Notes: generated by a model not told the origin, from the sequence alone. Positions 36,688 through 47,711 are shown, counted from the first letter of the stretch. The stretch is 64,000 bases of DNA from Anaerohalosphaeraceae bacterium (GCA_050309605.1 JBNRMN010000034.1:1-64000), one strand, 5' to 3'. Numbers and translations: made by a program.

Positions 36688-38097
36688 TTAACTCATAAAC
36701 GCCTTATCCATGGTGGCGAACGGTCGAATTTTCTCGGCCAGCGCCTCGCTGCCCGGTTTGTCCATCAGGGCAAAGGTCGCGTCTTTGCCCAATTCCACCG
36801 CCGGCTGGTCATAGGCATTGATATCAAACAGCAGCCCGGCCAGCGAGGTGGTCACTTCAAACAGATAAATGAATTGGCCGACGGTTCCGGCGTCAATCGC
36901 GTCAAACAATACCGTCAGACACGGCCGTTTGTCGTGCAGCAGGGCGTATTCGGTGGCGACTTTTTCAGCATTCAGCAATCGGGACATCGGTTGTCCGGCC
37001 AGGTAGCTCAGTTCCGGCGCGTTCTTCGGCGCCGGGCCGATGATCACATCCTGATTGAATTGATCCACCTGCAAAAAGGTAAACAGTTTGTCGTTCGGTC
37101 CTTCGCGATAAAGCTGTACCTGACTGTGCTGGTCGGTTGTGCCCAGGGCTTTGACTGGGGTGGGGCCGATGCAGACCTCATTACCCTTTAGGTCATTTCG
37201 CTTGCCCAGGCTTTCCGCCCACAACTGACGATACCAGTCGGACATATCCTTGAGTGAGTAGGAATAGGGCATCATCACCGAGATCGGCTTGCCGCGATGA
37301 TAGAAATGCCGGTTGATTGCCGCGTTCAGCGCTGCCGGATTGTTGAAAAATTCTTCGCTGCTGCATCGCGCATCCATTGCCCGCGCCCCGGCCAGCAGCG
37401 CATCGATGTCAATCCCGCACACGGCCGCACTAAGCAGCCCCACGGGGCTAAGAACGCTGAATCGACCGCCCACACCGTCCGGTACTTCAAGCGTGCGCAG
37501 CGCTGCGGCGTCGGCGATTTTGCGAAGCGTCCCTTCCCGCGCGTCGGTGGTGGCGATGACCTGTTTTTTCAGTCCGTCGGGGCCGAGTTTCTTTTCGATC
37601 AGATCGAAAATGACCAGCATCTGTGCAGCGGTCTCGGCGGTACGTCCGGATTTGCTAATGACATTAAAGACGGTCTTGTCCAGCTTGTCAGCGGCCCATT
37701 CGAGAAAACTGCCGAATTGATGCGGATCTACGTTGTCGAATACAAACAACCGCGGGCCGTTGCGCTGTTTGTCATCCAGATTGTACATATACGGATTCAG
37801 CGCGGTTTGCAGAGCGATATTGCCCAGCGCCGAGCCGCCGATGCCCAGCACGACAAAAGTCTCACAGTCTTGGCGGACTTGCTGAGCCAGGGCCTTGACC
37901 TGCTGCGGATAGGTTTCATTGTACGGCAGATCGCGGTAGGGAGTCTTGCCGGCTTTGCGCTGCCGATTCAGCTCGGCGATCAGCGGTGCGGTCGTCTGCG
38001 CCAGCTCGTCAAACTGTGGTTTCGATATCCCGTGTTCGGTTCCGATAACGTCCGACGTTACGTTTTTGTAATACAAATGGATGTTGTGTTGCGTCAC
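36688..38097 (-). CDS. pgi: Glucose-6-phosphate isomerase
   Basis: GIGGSALG, ISKSG.T.ET, VGGRFSVLS, QLWAESLGK, DQHSQ and DQPAVELGK. Confidence 0.95.
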   Translation of the reverse strand: MTQHNIHLYYKNVTSDVIGTEHGISKPQFDELAQTTAPLIAELNRQRKAGKTPYRDLPYNETYPQQVKALAQQVRQDCETFVVLGIGGSALGNIALQTALNPYMYNLDDKQRNGPRLFVFDNVDPHQFGSFLEWAADKLDKTVFNVISKSGRTAETAAQMLVIFDLIEKKLGPDGLKKQVIATTDAREGTLRKIADAAALRTLEVPDGVGGRFSVLSPVGLLSAAVCGIDIDALLAGARAMDARCSSEEFFNNPAALNAAINRHFYHRGKPISVMMPYSYSLKDMSDWYRQLWAESLGKRNDLKGNEVCIGPTPVKALGTTDQHSQVQLYREGPNDKLFTFLQVDQFNQDVIIGPAPKNAPELSYLAGQPMSRLLNAEKVATEYALLHDKRPCLTVLFDAIDAGTVGQFIYLFEVTTSLAGLLFDINAYDQPAVELGKDATFALMDKPGSEALAEKIRPFATMDKAFMS

Positions 38098-38200
38098 GTT
38101 CTTGTTCTCCGATAATCCGTTGCTCGCAGAAACGATCCGACAGGGTCGTTCTTTTTGTTACGATTTTCCAATTGCCGCGCCGATAGACAAACATAGGCTT

Positions 38201-40393
38201 CTATCCACCGACACGCTCCAGTTTGGCGTATTTTAGCATGAGCGATTTTGTCTGTCCAGAATTGAATCGCACCACGACAATACTGTCAGCACCCAGATCC
38301 AGGTATTCTTTGACTCGTCCCAGGCCGAATTTGCTGTGCTGAACCAGCTCATTGACCCGAAACGCGCCCGACGACGAAGTTACGCCTCCGGTGGGCTGAC
38401 GGCCTCTTGCCGCCGACCGATTTGACGATACGTCTTCCTGTTCAGCGCCAAAGTCGGCATCCCAATCCTCGGCAAAGTCGCCGTTTTGTTCGCCTTCGAA
38501 TCCGATTTCATACAAAAACGGCGACGGGGTAGATCGGATAAACTGCCCCCGCATCACGCGATGACGTGCATAACTCAAGTGCAGATATTTTCGCGCCCGC
38601 GTCAGCCCCACGAACAGCAGCCGACGTTCTTCTTCGATATCGTCCTTGCCGCCGTCCAGACTGCGTTCATGCGGCAGAATACCCTCTTCCAGACCGATGA
38701 TAAACACATAATCAAATTCCAGCCCCTTGGCCGCGTGCAGCGTCATCAATGAGATGCGTCCGGCGTCCGGATCATAGGCGTCGGTATCACTGTACAGGGC
38801 TATCGTCTGCATATAATCGGTTAGGGACGGCGTGTCGGTGCGAGTGTCGTATTCGGCCGCGGCGTTGACCAGTTCATTGACGTTATCGATGGCGCTTTGG
38901 GCGTCCTGTGCGGCGCTTTTCAGGGCGTCGGCGTAGCCCGTCTCGGCAAACACGCAATCCATCAGCGGCCCCACCGGCCCGTCGCTGTCGCCGCGAAACT
39001 TTTCGATCATCGCCGCGAAGGCCTTCAGCCGTGTCTGGGTGGGGCGATTGATCGTTTGCACCCGGTCGGCACAGGCCGACGCTTCGAGCAGGCTCAGGCC
39101 CGCTTTTCGAGCAAAATCCTCCAGCCGCTGCACCGAGGTCTTGCCGATACCGCGGGGATGCGTGCTGATGGCGCGTTGAAACGCGATATCGTCTTTGGGA
39201 TTGACGATCAGTTTCAGGTAACTGAGCATATCGCGGATTTCCTTGCGGGCGTAAAATGCCACCCCGCGGACGATCTGATACGGCAGGCGATCCCGAATCA
39301 GCGATTCCTCAATGGTGCGGCTCATCGAATTGACGCGAAAGAACACGGCAATTTCATTGGGGTCAACGCCCTCAGCAATCAGAGTCTTGATGCGTTCAGC
39401 CACCTGGCCGGTTTCGTGCTCTTCGTCTTCACAGGTCTGAATGACAACCGGTTCACCGGCCGGCCGCGTGGCAATCAAATCCTTGTGCTTTCGTTGGGTG
39501 TTGGCGCGGATAAGCCGAGAAGCTTTTTCAAGTATATTCGGCGTAGAGCGGAAGTTTTCTTCCAATTTGACGACCACCGCTTCAGGCCAGTCTTTTTCAA
39601 AGGCCAGAATGTTCCGAATGTCCGCTCCGCGCCAGCGATAGATCGACTGGTCGGGATCGCCGGTCACGCAGATGTTTCGATGTGCCAGGGCAAGCCCCTT
39701 GGCAATCTGATACTGGGCGTGATTGGTGTCCTGATACTCATCGACCAGCAGGTACTGAAAGCGACGACTCAGCTCAAGCCGTACATCGGGATAATCGCGC
39801 AGCAGAAACGCCGTCTTGAACAGCAAATCGTCAAAATCCAGCGCGTTGTTTTGGCGCAGCAGCGATTGATATTTGGCATAAATGCGAGCGGCCAATTTGC
39901 CGAAGTAATCATCCGCCCGCGCGGCAAAGGCTGCTTCATCTTCCAGATCATTTTTAAGTTTCGAAATCACATCCAGCATTCGCGCCGGAGTAAAATTGCC
40001 CGTATCGATCTGACAGGCGGCGATGGCCTCTTTCATGCACCGCTTCTGATCATCCACATCGTAAATAGTGAAATTGGCGGCGATGTCGGCCTGCTCGGCG
40101 TATCGGCGCAAAATGCGCACGCACAGGGCGTGAAAGGTGCTGACGTGCACACCCGATGCCGAGGTGCTCTGCTCGACGCGCAAACGCATCTCATCGGCGG
40201 CTTTATTGGTAAAGGTGATCGCGCAGATATGATACGGCGTTACGCCCGATTCAATCAGCGCCGCAATCCGGCAGGTAATCACCCGTGTTTTGCCGCTGCC
40301 CGGCCCGGCCAATACCAATAACGGGCCGGTTTTATGAAGGACCGCCTGTCGTTGAGAGTCTGTCAGTTGATCGATAGATACCGCAGGAGCCAA
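38201..40393 (-). CDS. pcrA: UvrD/PcrA ATP-dependent DNA helicase
   Basis: AGPGSGKT, VDEYQD, GDPDQSIY.WRGA, TLHAAKGLEF, EEERRL.FVGLTRA and a C-terminal Tudor-like domain; TTG start after AAGGAGG. Confidence 0.95.
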   Translation of the reverse strand: MAPAVSIDQLTDSQRQAVLHKTGPLLVLAGPGSGKTRVITCRIAALIESGVTPYHICAITFTNKAADEMRLRVEQSTSASGVHVSTFHALCVRILRRYAEQADIAANFTIYDVDDQKRCMKEAIAACQIDTGNFTPARMLDVISKLKNDLEDEAAFAARADDYFGKLAARIYAKYQSLLRQNNALDFDDLLFKTAFLLRDYPDVRLELSRRFQYLLVDEYQDTNHAQYQIAKGLALAHRNICVTGDPDQSIYRWRGADIRNILAFEKDWPEAVVVKLEENFRSTPNILEKASRLIRANTQRKHKDLIATRPAGEPVVIQTCEDEEHETGQVAERIKTLIAEGVDPNEIAVFFRVNSMSRTIEESLIRDRLPYQIVRGVAFYARKEIRDMLSYLKLIVNPKDDIAFQRAISTHPRGIGKTSVQRLEDFARKAGLSLLEASACADRVQTINRPTQTRLKAFAAMIEKFRGDSDGPVGPLMDCVFAETGYADALKSAAQDAQSAIDNVNELVNAAAEYDTRTDTPSLTDYMQTIALYSDTDAYDPDAGRISLMTLHAAKGLEFDYVFIIGLEEGILPHERSLDGGKDDIEEERRLLFVGLTRARKYLHLSYARHRVMRGQFIRSTPSPFLYEIGFEGEQNGDFAEDWDADFGAEQEDVSSNRSAARGRQPTGGVTSSSGAFRVNELVQHSKFGLGRVKEYLDLGADSIVVVRFNSGQTKSLMLKYAKLERVGG

Positions 40394-40429
40394 AAGCGCC
40401 TCCTTTATTCTTCTCTGAAACACCTCATC

Positions 40430-42205
40430 TTAATTTTGCTGTTCCTGTTGTTGACGGTGAAGGTCTTCGATGACCCGTTCTTGCTGTTGACGAAGCCGTT
40501 CAAACAGGTCGGGGCGTTCGATCTGGATGCGCGACAGCAGATTCTGCCGCATCTGCTCAGGGTACATCGGATCTTCCAAAAAGCTGATAAATGCGCCAAA
40601 GCGAAGGTGATCCAGCGACGGCAGGCCGACGCGCTCCTGCTCAAACTGCCCCATTTCACGTTGATACAGTTCATAGACTTCACGCGCCAGATTTTCCCGT
40701 CCGGCCGCTTCATCATCTTCAAACAAGGCATACCGAAAGTAACTTTCCCGCAGCACCGAGACAATAAATTCCGTCGCATCGTGAATGCTGATGCTTTCCA
40801 ATTCCTCTTTTAGGCGATTGCGAACGAACGTCATCATGGGGACTTGATATTCCGTTCGGACAAACCCCTGATCGTCGTATTCGTGCTGCGTTCTAAGCTG
40901 TCGGTATATCCGCTCCGCTTTTCGTGTGTGGCCGGCCTGATAAAACATCAACACCGCATTTTCAAGAAAATTCTTATGGCCGCCGCGTACCGCCTTGGGG
41001 TTGCCGCCTTCAAATTCTTCATATTTTTGGATAATTTCCTGCCAAAACCTGTCGCAGACATCAAACATCCGCATATCCGGCAGCAGATAAACCGCCGTCC
41101 CCCAGTTCTCATCATCATACAGCACGACCCGTCCGCGACGGTACAGCATTTGAAGGCTGTGAAAGACGATGCGGTCGGTATTTTTTTCATCGACGCGATA
41201 CTGGTCAGGGCGTCCTGCCGCTTTCAGTCCCATTGCTCCCCAGTAAAGGGCATGGGCCGCCGGATGCTCCCAGTTCACCGGATAGGTTTGATTCGGATCG
41301 TTGATGTCCACCGGCCCGAATTCTGTATTCATTTCGACCATAAAGTCGATATCAAATTTCCATTCATTGCGAAGCTTGGAGGCCCGGGCAAAATAATCAA
41401 ACGCCTGCATCGCCTCGCTGTCGCGCCACTGGTCAATGACCGCAAACGCCGCTTCAGAAAAACGCGCCGGATTTTGACGCAGCGACAGATAATTGTCCAC
41501 CAGACGGCTGCGATTTTCAAATGCCGAATCGGCCTGACGAAGCGCTTCAACAAACTCCCTGACTTGTGGCTCGGCCAGAATACCCTCCAGGGTTTGCGGA
41601 GTTGCCGCCAGTTTTTCGAACAGGGTGTTGTCGGGGCGCTCACCCAGTATCGCACGCATCGAGAGCGCCAGTTCTTTCTTGTAGTAGCGATGGCAATCGT
41701 CGGCGATATCGCCGATTTTATGCTGAAAAATCCACGCCAGCGAACGATACAGCAGAATGCTGTTCGGGTTTAACGGGATTGCGCGATCGCGCAGCAGTTC
41801 ATAGCCGTTGCGAACCCAGCGCCATCGCTCTTCCGGCTGCGTATTGGGAATGGCCACGGAGATATTGTAGGCCATATTCCAGGCGTGAAAATCCCACACC
41901 GCCGCAAAACGCGGCTGCAGGGTGGTGATCCACTCGGCCAACTGTTTGGCGTCAAAAAATTTGCCTTCCTGCTTGAGATTATCCGCGCGAATCCAGAGAA
42001 TATTGACCAGCAGTCCGCGAAACGCCCCCAGCGCGACGGTCGCGAAGGCCAGCGACGGCGGCGCATTTTCCAGCGCCGTCGTGGCCACCAGCCCCATCTG
42101 TTCGCGGGCGCTGCGAATATCGTCAAGCTGCATCGCCGCGCCGATTAAAAACGCCGCGCCCACGACTCCGCTCAACACAATGATAAATACATCCTTAATC
42201 CGCAT
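40430..42205 (-). CDS. Membrane-anchored alpha-helical (TPR-like) hypothetical protein
   Basis: N-terminal TM segment; LGAFRGLLVNILW..ITTLQPRFAAVWDFHAWNMAYNIS motif block typical of a PVC-superphylum conserved hypothetical family. Confidence 0.6.
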   Translation of the reverse strand: MRIKDVFIIVLSGVVGAAFLIGAAMQLDDIRSAREQMGLVATTALENAPPSLAFATVALGAFRGLLVNILWIRADNLKQEGKFFDAKQLAEWITTLQPRFAAVWDFHAWNMAYNISVAIPNTQPEERWRWVRNGYELLRDRAIPLNPNSILLYRSLAWIFQHKIGDIADDCHRYYKKELALSMRAILGERPDNTLFEKLAATPQTLEGILAEPQVREFVEALRQADSAFENRSRLVDNYLSLRQNPARFSEAAFAVIDQWRDSEAMQAFDYFARASKLRNEWKFDIDFMVEMNTEFGPVDINDPNQTYPVNWEHPAAHALYWGAMGLKAAGRPDQYRVDEKNTDRIVFHSLQMLYRRGRVVLYDDENWGTAVYLLPDMRMFDVCDRFWQEIIQKYEEFEGGNPKAVRGGHKNFLENAVLMFYQAGHTRKAERIYRQLRTQHEYDDQGFVRTEYQVPMMTFVRNRLKEELESISIHDATEFIVSVLRESYFRYALFEDDEAAGRENLAREVYELYQREMGQFEQERVGLPSLDHLRFGAFISFLEDPMYPEQMRQNLLSRIQIERPDLFERLRQQQERVIEDLHRQQQEQQN

Positions 42206-42293
42206 AGGTCATTGGTACTACGTTATTTGAAAACAAGGGTTTCGATTTTTTTGAGTTTTATCGGCCGGCGTTGAACCGAACCGACCGGTGGTT

Positions 42294-45200
42294 TTACGCG
42301 ACCGCCGTTTCCGACTCCTCCCGTGAGCCTTCAAACTGGACACTGATTTTCTTGCTGACGCCCTGGGTTTGCATCGTGATGCCATACAGGATATCGGCGA
42401 TGCTCATTGTGCGTTTGGAGTGGGTAATGATCACAAACTGCGATTGTTCCTTAAATTCCTGAACAATCAGATTGAAGCGTTCATTATTGGCCTCATCCAG
42501 GGCCGCATCCACCTCATCCAGCACGCAGAACGGCGACGGTTTGGTCCGGAAGACCGAAAACAGCAGGGCAATGGCGGTCATGGTCTTTTCGCCGCCGCTG
42601 AGCAGGCTGATGGTGCGGGTTTCCTTGCCGGGCGGACGGGCAATGATTTCGATGCCGCTTTCGAGGATGTCTTCGGGAGTTTCCAGGATGATGTCGGCCC
42701 TGCCGCCGCCGAACAGTTTACGAAAGACCTGTTGAAAGTTCATCCGCACCTGTTCAAAAGTCGTCTCGAATTTTTCTCTGCTTTCTTTGTTGATTCGGGC
42801 GATTAGCTGTTCCAGTTGCGTCTTGCTCTGGTTCAGGTCGTCCACCTGCGCTGTCAAAAACTCAAACCGCTGTTCCAACTCGTCCTGCTGCTCGATGGCG
42901 TCAACATTGACATTGCCCAGCCGTTCAATCTTGCCCCGCAGTTCGGCTATCTCTTCCCGCACAAGCTCCCAATCCATATCCTCGTCGCGGAACGATTCAT
43001 ATGCCTCGGTCAAGTCAATTTGCAATTCTTCACGCACACGCTGGGTCAGGTCTTCATCCTTGACGTGAAGCTGACTCAACTCCAGTTCAAGGGAGTGAAT
43101 TTGTTCCTCCACCGTGGACTGCTCTTCACGATACTGACGCAGTTGCGCCTCAGCGTGCTTGCGTTCGGCCATCAGCGTCTCGACCTGTTGATGAAGTGCT
43201 TTACTGTGCTTTTGGGCCTGTTCTTTTTCGGCAAACAGGTCCGACACCGACGCCTCCGTCGCCAGAATGGTCCGTTCGGTCTGCACGACCTGGTCATCGC
43301 AGCTCAGCGCCTCGGTGCGAGCCGATTCAATCGCCATCCGGCTGTGCTGAAGCTGACTTTGGATCGTTCCGATGCGCTGCCGAATGGATCGCTGCTGTTC
43401 CTGAATTTGACCCAGTTGAATGCGTATTTCCGTCAGTTCGGTGTTGCGGCTTTGCTGGATGCGGCGCTGTTCATCAAAGCGGGCCTGCAGCGATTCGATA
43501 TGCTCGTTGCGTCGTTGATTGATGTCTTCGAGTTCTTCCAGTTTGCGTTGTGAAAGATGTTCTTTCTGAACGGATTGCTGGATTTCTTCTTCAAGCATCC
43601 GAATCTCGTCGGTGATAATGGGCTGCTCATCTGTGAGCCGCTTGATATTTGCTTCCAGCATTCGCAGTTGCGATTCGGCATCGACTTTTTCGGTATTGGC
43701 CTCATAAATGCTGGTGCGCAGTTCTTTGCACAATCCGGCCAGATGTTCGTTTTTATGGTCGGTTTCTTCAAGTACGGATTCATACTCTGTCAGGCGGCGA
43801 TTCAGTTCCTCCAGTTCTTCTTCGAGCTGCAAGATACGGCTCTTTCGTGAAATCAGGCCGGCGTTTTTTCCGACCGGGCCGACGGTCAATGCGTATCCGC
43901 CGTCGAAAACCTGCCCGTCCGGCGTAACGAAACGATACTCCGGCCCCAGCCGACCGGCCAGTTCCATCGCCGTATCCAGCGACTGAACCAGCAGCGTCTT
44001 GCCCAGCAGGTGCCAGACCAGGGGGGCAAACCGGCTCTCGAAACGAACAAACTGGATCAGCCGCCCCAGCACGCCGGGACAATCCGACAGATTGGCGCAG
44101 TCGGTAAACGGCGGCATCCGGTCCAGACAGACCGCACGGATCCGACTGTCCGGCATGGATTGCAGGGCGCCGTCCTGTAAAAAAGCGCCGGTGCTGTTGA
44201 CCAGCAGGGCGTCGGCGCAGTGCTCAACAGCGGCCTCAATCGCCTCTGCATAATCGGTATGGGCAAGGATGGCATCGGCGACGATCCCCTCGATATAATC
44301 CCGCCTGCCGTCCCGGACGGTCAGAATCTCCTTGAGCGACTGACTGAGTCCCTCTCGGCGGGCTTCCATATCCCGCAGCACATTCAGTTCGCTCAGAACA
44401 GCGCTGCGCTGTTCTTTCGTCGCGGCCATTGTGTCGGCCACCTGTCCGCGCCGGTCGCCGATGGCGTCCATCTCAGCCCGTTTGGCGTCCAGATTGCTTT
44501 GCAGTTCCGAGAGCACCGAGCGAATGTCTTCCAGTCGGGCCTGATACTGGGCTTTTTCCGTCAGCCAGCCGGAAAGCTGCTGTTCGGTCTGTGAGGCCTT
44601 GCCGCTGAGCCGCACTTTCTGGCCGGACAGGTTGTTGCGATACGTGCTCAGGCTCTGAATCTCATTGTGAAGCTGGGCGGTTCGACGCACAATATCGATA
44701 ATTCCGGATTTCTCATCTTCCAGCTCCGCCTGCAGCTCGGCGCAGCGCGTGTTGATCTCGGAAATGGCCGCCTGCGCGCGTTCCAGCTCGGTTGTTTTTT
44801 CCTCAAGCTGCTGCTGATTGGCTTTCAGATCGTCTTGGCATTGCCCCATCTCTGTGGACAGTTGTCGGGTCTGAGCGGTCAATTTCTGAATCTGAGCGAC
44901 GGCGTTCTTTTTGCGGTCGGCCAGTTCCTCAATTCGGCTTTTCAGAAAGCCGATGCGTTCAAGCTGCTGTTCAATGCGGCTGCGCGACGCGATTAAAGTG
45001 CTGTCCCATCGGTTGATTTGGTTTTCCGTATCCATAATGTCGCCTGTCAACCGGCTCAATTGTGTATCGCAGCGAGACACATCGGCCGCCGCCGTGCTGA
45101 ATCGATCCTGCCACTGTGAAAGGGCGGCCTGGCGCTCTTTTCGATTTGTGATAATCTTGTGATATTCCGCCAGTGAATAGTTCACGCGCAGTTCTTTGAG

Positions 45201-45860
45201 CCGCTGGCTGTATTCGAGGTAGTTGCGGGCTTTTCCGGCCTGCAGCTTGATGCTGCGAAGCTGTTTTTGCACCTCATTGACGATGTCGGCCAGACGCAGC
45301 AGATTCTGCTCGGTGCGTTCGAGTTTGCGCAGGGCCTCTTTTTTGTGAGCCTTGTACTTGCTGATGCCCGCGGCCTCTTCAAAGATAACACGGCGATCCG
45401 AGGTGGAGGCCTTAAGCAATTGATCAATTTGTCCCTGTTCGATGATGGAATATGCGCTAACGCCGATGCCCGTGTCCATAAACAACTCGCGGATGTCGCG
45501 CAGTCGGCAGCTTTTTCCGTTAATCTGATAATCGCTTTCACCGCTGCGAAACAGCCGCCGTGTAATCTGCAGGTCGTCCTGTTCCAGTCCCAGACCCCGG
45601 ACGTCCGAAAAATGCAGGCTGACCTCGGCCATCCCGCAGGGCTTTCGACTGCCTGAGCCGCTGAAGATGACATCCGCCATTGCATCGCTGCGAAGACTTT
45701 TTGGACTTTGGTTGCCCAGAACCCACTTGATGGCGTCCACTACGTTGCTCTTTCCGCATCCGTTCGGCCCTACAATGGCCGTGATCGGATGGCTTATTTT
45801 CAAGTCCGTTTTGTCGGCAAAACTTTTGAAGCCATTGATTACGATTTTCTCAAGTTTCAT
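42294..45860 (-). CDS. smc: Chromosome segregation protein SMC
   Basis: GFKSF, GPNGCGKSN, hinge domain, long coiled coils, LLSGGE and LDEVDAALD. Confidence 0.97.
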   Translation of the reverse strand: MKLEKIVINGFKSFADKTDLKISHPITAIVGPNGCGKSNVVDAIKWVLGNQSPKSLRSDAMADVIFSGSGSRKPCGMAEVSLHFSDVRGLGLEQDDLQITRRLFRSGESDYQINGKSCRLRDIRELFMDTGIGVSAYSIIEQGQIDQLLKASTSDRRVIFEEAAGISKYKAHKKEALRKLERTEQNLLRLADIVNEVQKQLRSIKLQAGKARNYLEYSQRLKELRVNYSLAEYHKIITNRKERQAALSQWQDRFSTAAADVSRCDTQLSRLTGDIMDTENQINRWDSTLIASRSRIEQQLERIGFLKSRIEELADRKKNAVAQIQKLTAQTRQLSTEMGQCQDDLKANQQQLEEKTTELERAQAAISEINTRCAELQAELEDEKSGIIDIVRRTAQLHNEIQSLSTYRNNLSGQKVRLSGKASQTEQQLSGWLTEKAQYQARLEDIRSVLSELQSNLDAKRAEMDAIGDRRGQVADTMAATKEQRSAVLSELNVLRDMEARREGLSQSLKEILTVRDGRRDYIEGIVADAILAHTDYAEAIEAAVEHCADALLVNSTGAFLQDGALQSMPDSRIRAVCLDRMPPFTDCANLSDCPGVLGRLIQFVRFESRFAPLVWHLLGKTLLVQSLDTAMELAGRLGPEYRFVTPDGQVFDGGYALTVGPVGKNAGLISRKSRILQLEEELEELNRRLTEYESVLEETDHKNEHLAGLCKELRTSIYEANTEKVDAESQLRMLEANIKRLTDEQPIITDEIRMLEEEIQQSVQKEHLSQRKLEELEDINQRRNEHIESLQARFDEQRRIQQSRNTELTEIRIQLGQIQEQQRSIRQRIGTIQSQLQHSRMAIESARTEALSCDDQVVQTERTILATEASVSDLFAEKEQAQKHSKALHQQVETLMAERKHAEAQLRQYREEQSTVEEQIHSLELELSQLHVKDEDLTQRVREELQIDLTEAYESFRDEDMDWELVREEIAELRGKIERLGNVNVDAIEQQDELEQRFEFLTAQVDDLNQSKTQLEQLIARINKESREKFETTFEQVRMNFQQVFRKLFGGGRADIILETPEDILESGIEIIARPPGKETRTISLLSGGEKTMTAIALLFSVFRTKPSPFCVLDEVDAALDEANNERFNLIVQEFKEQSQFVIITHSKRTMSIADILYGITMQTQGVSKKISVQFEGSREESETAVA

Positions 45861-46000
45861 CCATCATCCTCAAAAAGCCCGAGCTGTTATTCTGTTGATC
45901 GTCATGAACAATGAAACGAACATAAAGGTTATCCGTTTTTATTATTATCGGTCTATGGGGCGTTTTTTCTGTACGCGGGTTTCGAAAATTGCAGCAAAAA

Positions 46001-47617
46001 TCACAAATTTTCAAACATCTCCCCCACCGTAGTCAAGGGACCCTGCTCAAATCGCGCGGGAATATGGTTGCCGGCACACATTTTCTCAAGAATTTCGACA
46101 ATCTGGGTATAAGATAACGCAAGTCCAGGCAGGGTGGTCGTGCCCTGTTTTTGTTCCGGCGACTCACCCAAAGCGCGAACCAGTTGTGAGACCTCGAACC
46201 CGGCTGACAGCGGTCCGACGACACGCGGCCGATTGGGATGGGTTCGCGATATGGAGATGAACCGGTCGCCCGGTCGGGCATTGAGCGTGACCTGGCCGTC
46301 GTCCGACCGGAGAAACAGGTTTTCGTTGCATCGAACCGGTGAGCCGAAAACGGCGATGCCCGGTTCGTTCTGTTGCTTGGCATAGACGACCTTGGGGCCG
46401 CCGCAACTGATGCGATCAATGAAAAAGTTACTGGTCACTGGAATTCGGGTGATAATCGGACTTTTGGCGGCCAGAGCCGTTTCATAGGCGACAACGCGAA
46501 GTGCCATATCGTCCTGAGCCAACACACGAAGCAAAATCGGCTCGGCGTCATTGAGTCGGATATTGCGTCCGATAGCGCGCAGCGCCTCTTGGCGATAAGG
46601 TGATTGCGGATCAAACACAAACTCTCGCAGGATCGGCAAAACGCGTGCGTCGCCGATATTGCTCATACAGCGGGCGGCATGAAAACGCACGGCCATGTCA
46701 TCCTCTGATCTCAGAAGAGCAGCCAACTCATCCAATGCCGGTTTGCCGATGGCTTCCAGGGCTGCTTCTGCGGACAGTTGATCCGGTTCTGTCTTAAGCT
46801 GTTCGATAAGTTCGTCAATGCGACGCTCCTGAAGGGCGGGCTGGTTGACCAGATGGAGCCGACGAATCATCAGCAAAAACCGTTCTTTATCGTAGTGATA
46901 CTTCGTAGGAATGGTCAACAGAATTTCGCCCGGAGAAACGGCATTGGCGATTCGTGGACCGAAACGCTCATTGATGCGATTGCGAATGGCCCCGGCAACC
47001 ACAAAATCGGGCTGATTCAAAAGCAGCGAGACCTGGGTACTGGTCAGGGTGTAGCCGCCGCCGAGTACATACCACGACTGCGTATCGTCCTGCGGTCGGC
47101 CGGGAATGGAAAAAATCGGCCCCTGCGCCCGTGCAATGGTTTTGGCGTACTGGTTAAATTGAGTAATTCGGCTTAATTCTTTCAGATCCGTGGTATATAG
47201 ATGTCCGCCTTTCAGCGAGGTAGTCTGAGTACTGGACAACGGACGAATAAGCACATCAAAACTTTGTCCGACCCTGGCCATCGGCGGGATGATGCCCAGC
47301 ACTTCCACAACAGCGGTATCGCTGCTTTCAATAAAACGCCGCGGATTGAGGATATTGGCCTCAGGAAGCCGCTGCCAGATATATTTTTCCAGTTCCTGCC
47401 GCAAGGCGGGCGGGCATTCAGACGAACCGGTTCCAAACAGACCCGCCACTATCCCGAAACCGCGGACCGCAATAGCAGGCGACTCAACCACGCGGGCGAC
47501 ATCTTCAATGGTACTGTCCGGCGATATCGCCGGCGGCTGCTCCGGTTCCGGGGCAGACGCACACGACAGCAGAAACGTCGAACCGATGGAAAACAACAAA
47601 AACAGGATTTTTCTCAT
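46001..47617 (-). CDS. FlgI (flagellar P-ring)-like lipoprotein with a HEAT-repeat insertion
   Basis: Lipobox FLLSC; FlgI motifs VRGFGIVAGLFGTGS, AVVEV..IPP.A..GQ.FDV and TSLKGGHL; HEAT-like AALEAIG, VRFHAARCM..IGD and ALRAIG. Confidence 0.78.
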   Translation of the reverse strand: MRKILFLLFSIGSTFLLSCASAPEPEQPPAISPDSTIEDVARVVESPAIAVRGFGIVAGLFGTGSSECPPALRQELEKYIWQRLPEANILNPRRFIESSDTAVVEVLGIIPPMARVGQSFDVLIRPLSSTQTTSLKGGHLYTTDLKELSRITQFNQYAKTIARAQGPIFSIPGRPQDDTQSWYVLGGGYTLTSTQVSLLLNQPDFVVAGAIRNRINERFGPRIANAVSPGEILLTIPTKYHYDKERFLLMIRRLHLVNQPALQERRIDELIEQLKTEPDQLSAEAALEAIGKPALDELAALLRSEDDMAVRFHAARCMSNIGDARVLPILREFVFDPQSPYRQEALRAIGRNIRLNDAEPILLRVLAQDDMALRVVAYETALAAKSPIITRIPVTSNFFIDRISCGGPKVVYAKQQNEPGIAVFGSPVRCNENLFLRSDDGQVTLNARPGDRFISISRTHPNRPRVVGPLSAGFEVSQLVRALGESPEQKQGTTTLPGLALSYTQIVEILEKMCAGNHIPARFEQGPLTTVGEMFENL

Positions 47618-47711
47618 CTTATTAGCCCTCTAAGAGCCTTGCACAGTGGATGATAACGCATATTCAATCAGCCGCACAGCATACGCAGGGACGAATCGAA
47701 CGTCAAGGATA

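Noticed and set aside
38897..40321. 474-aa plus-strand ORF (and similar long antisense ORFs at 10931-12202, 16805-18034, 27615-28901, 58960-60165)
   Set aside because: These are antisense shadows of well-supported genes, expected from GC-rich codon usage, and carry no recognisable motifs.
38201..45860. smc plus UvrD helicase as a Wadjet/Lamassu/Gabija-like defence system
   Set aside because: Both are canonical full-length housekeeping proteins (SMC with hinge, PcrA with Tudor-like tail), with no JetABD, nuclease effector or OLD nuclease nearby.
45893..45910. Imperfect palindrome TGTTGATCGTCATGAACA upstream of smc as a parS site or LexA box
   Set aside because: It does not match the 16-bp parS consensus or TGTTC-N4-GAACA spacing, and a single imperfect copy is insufficient.
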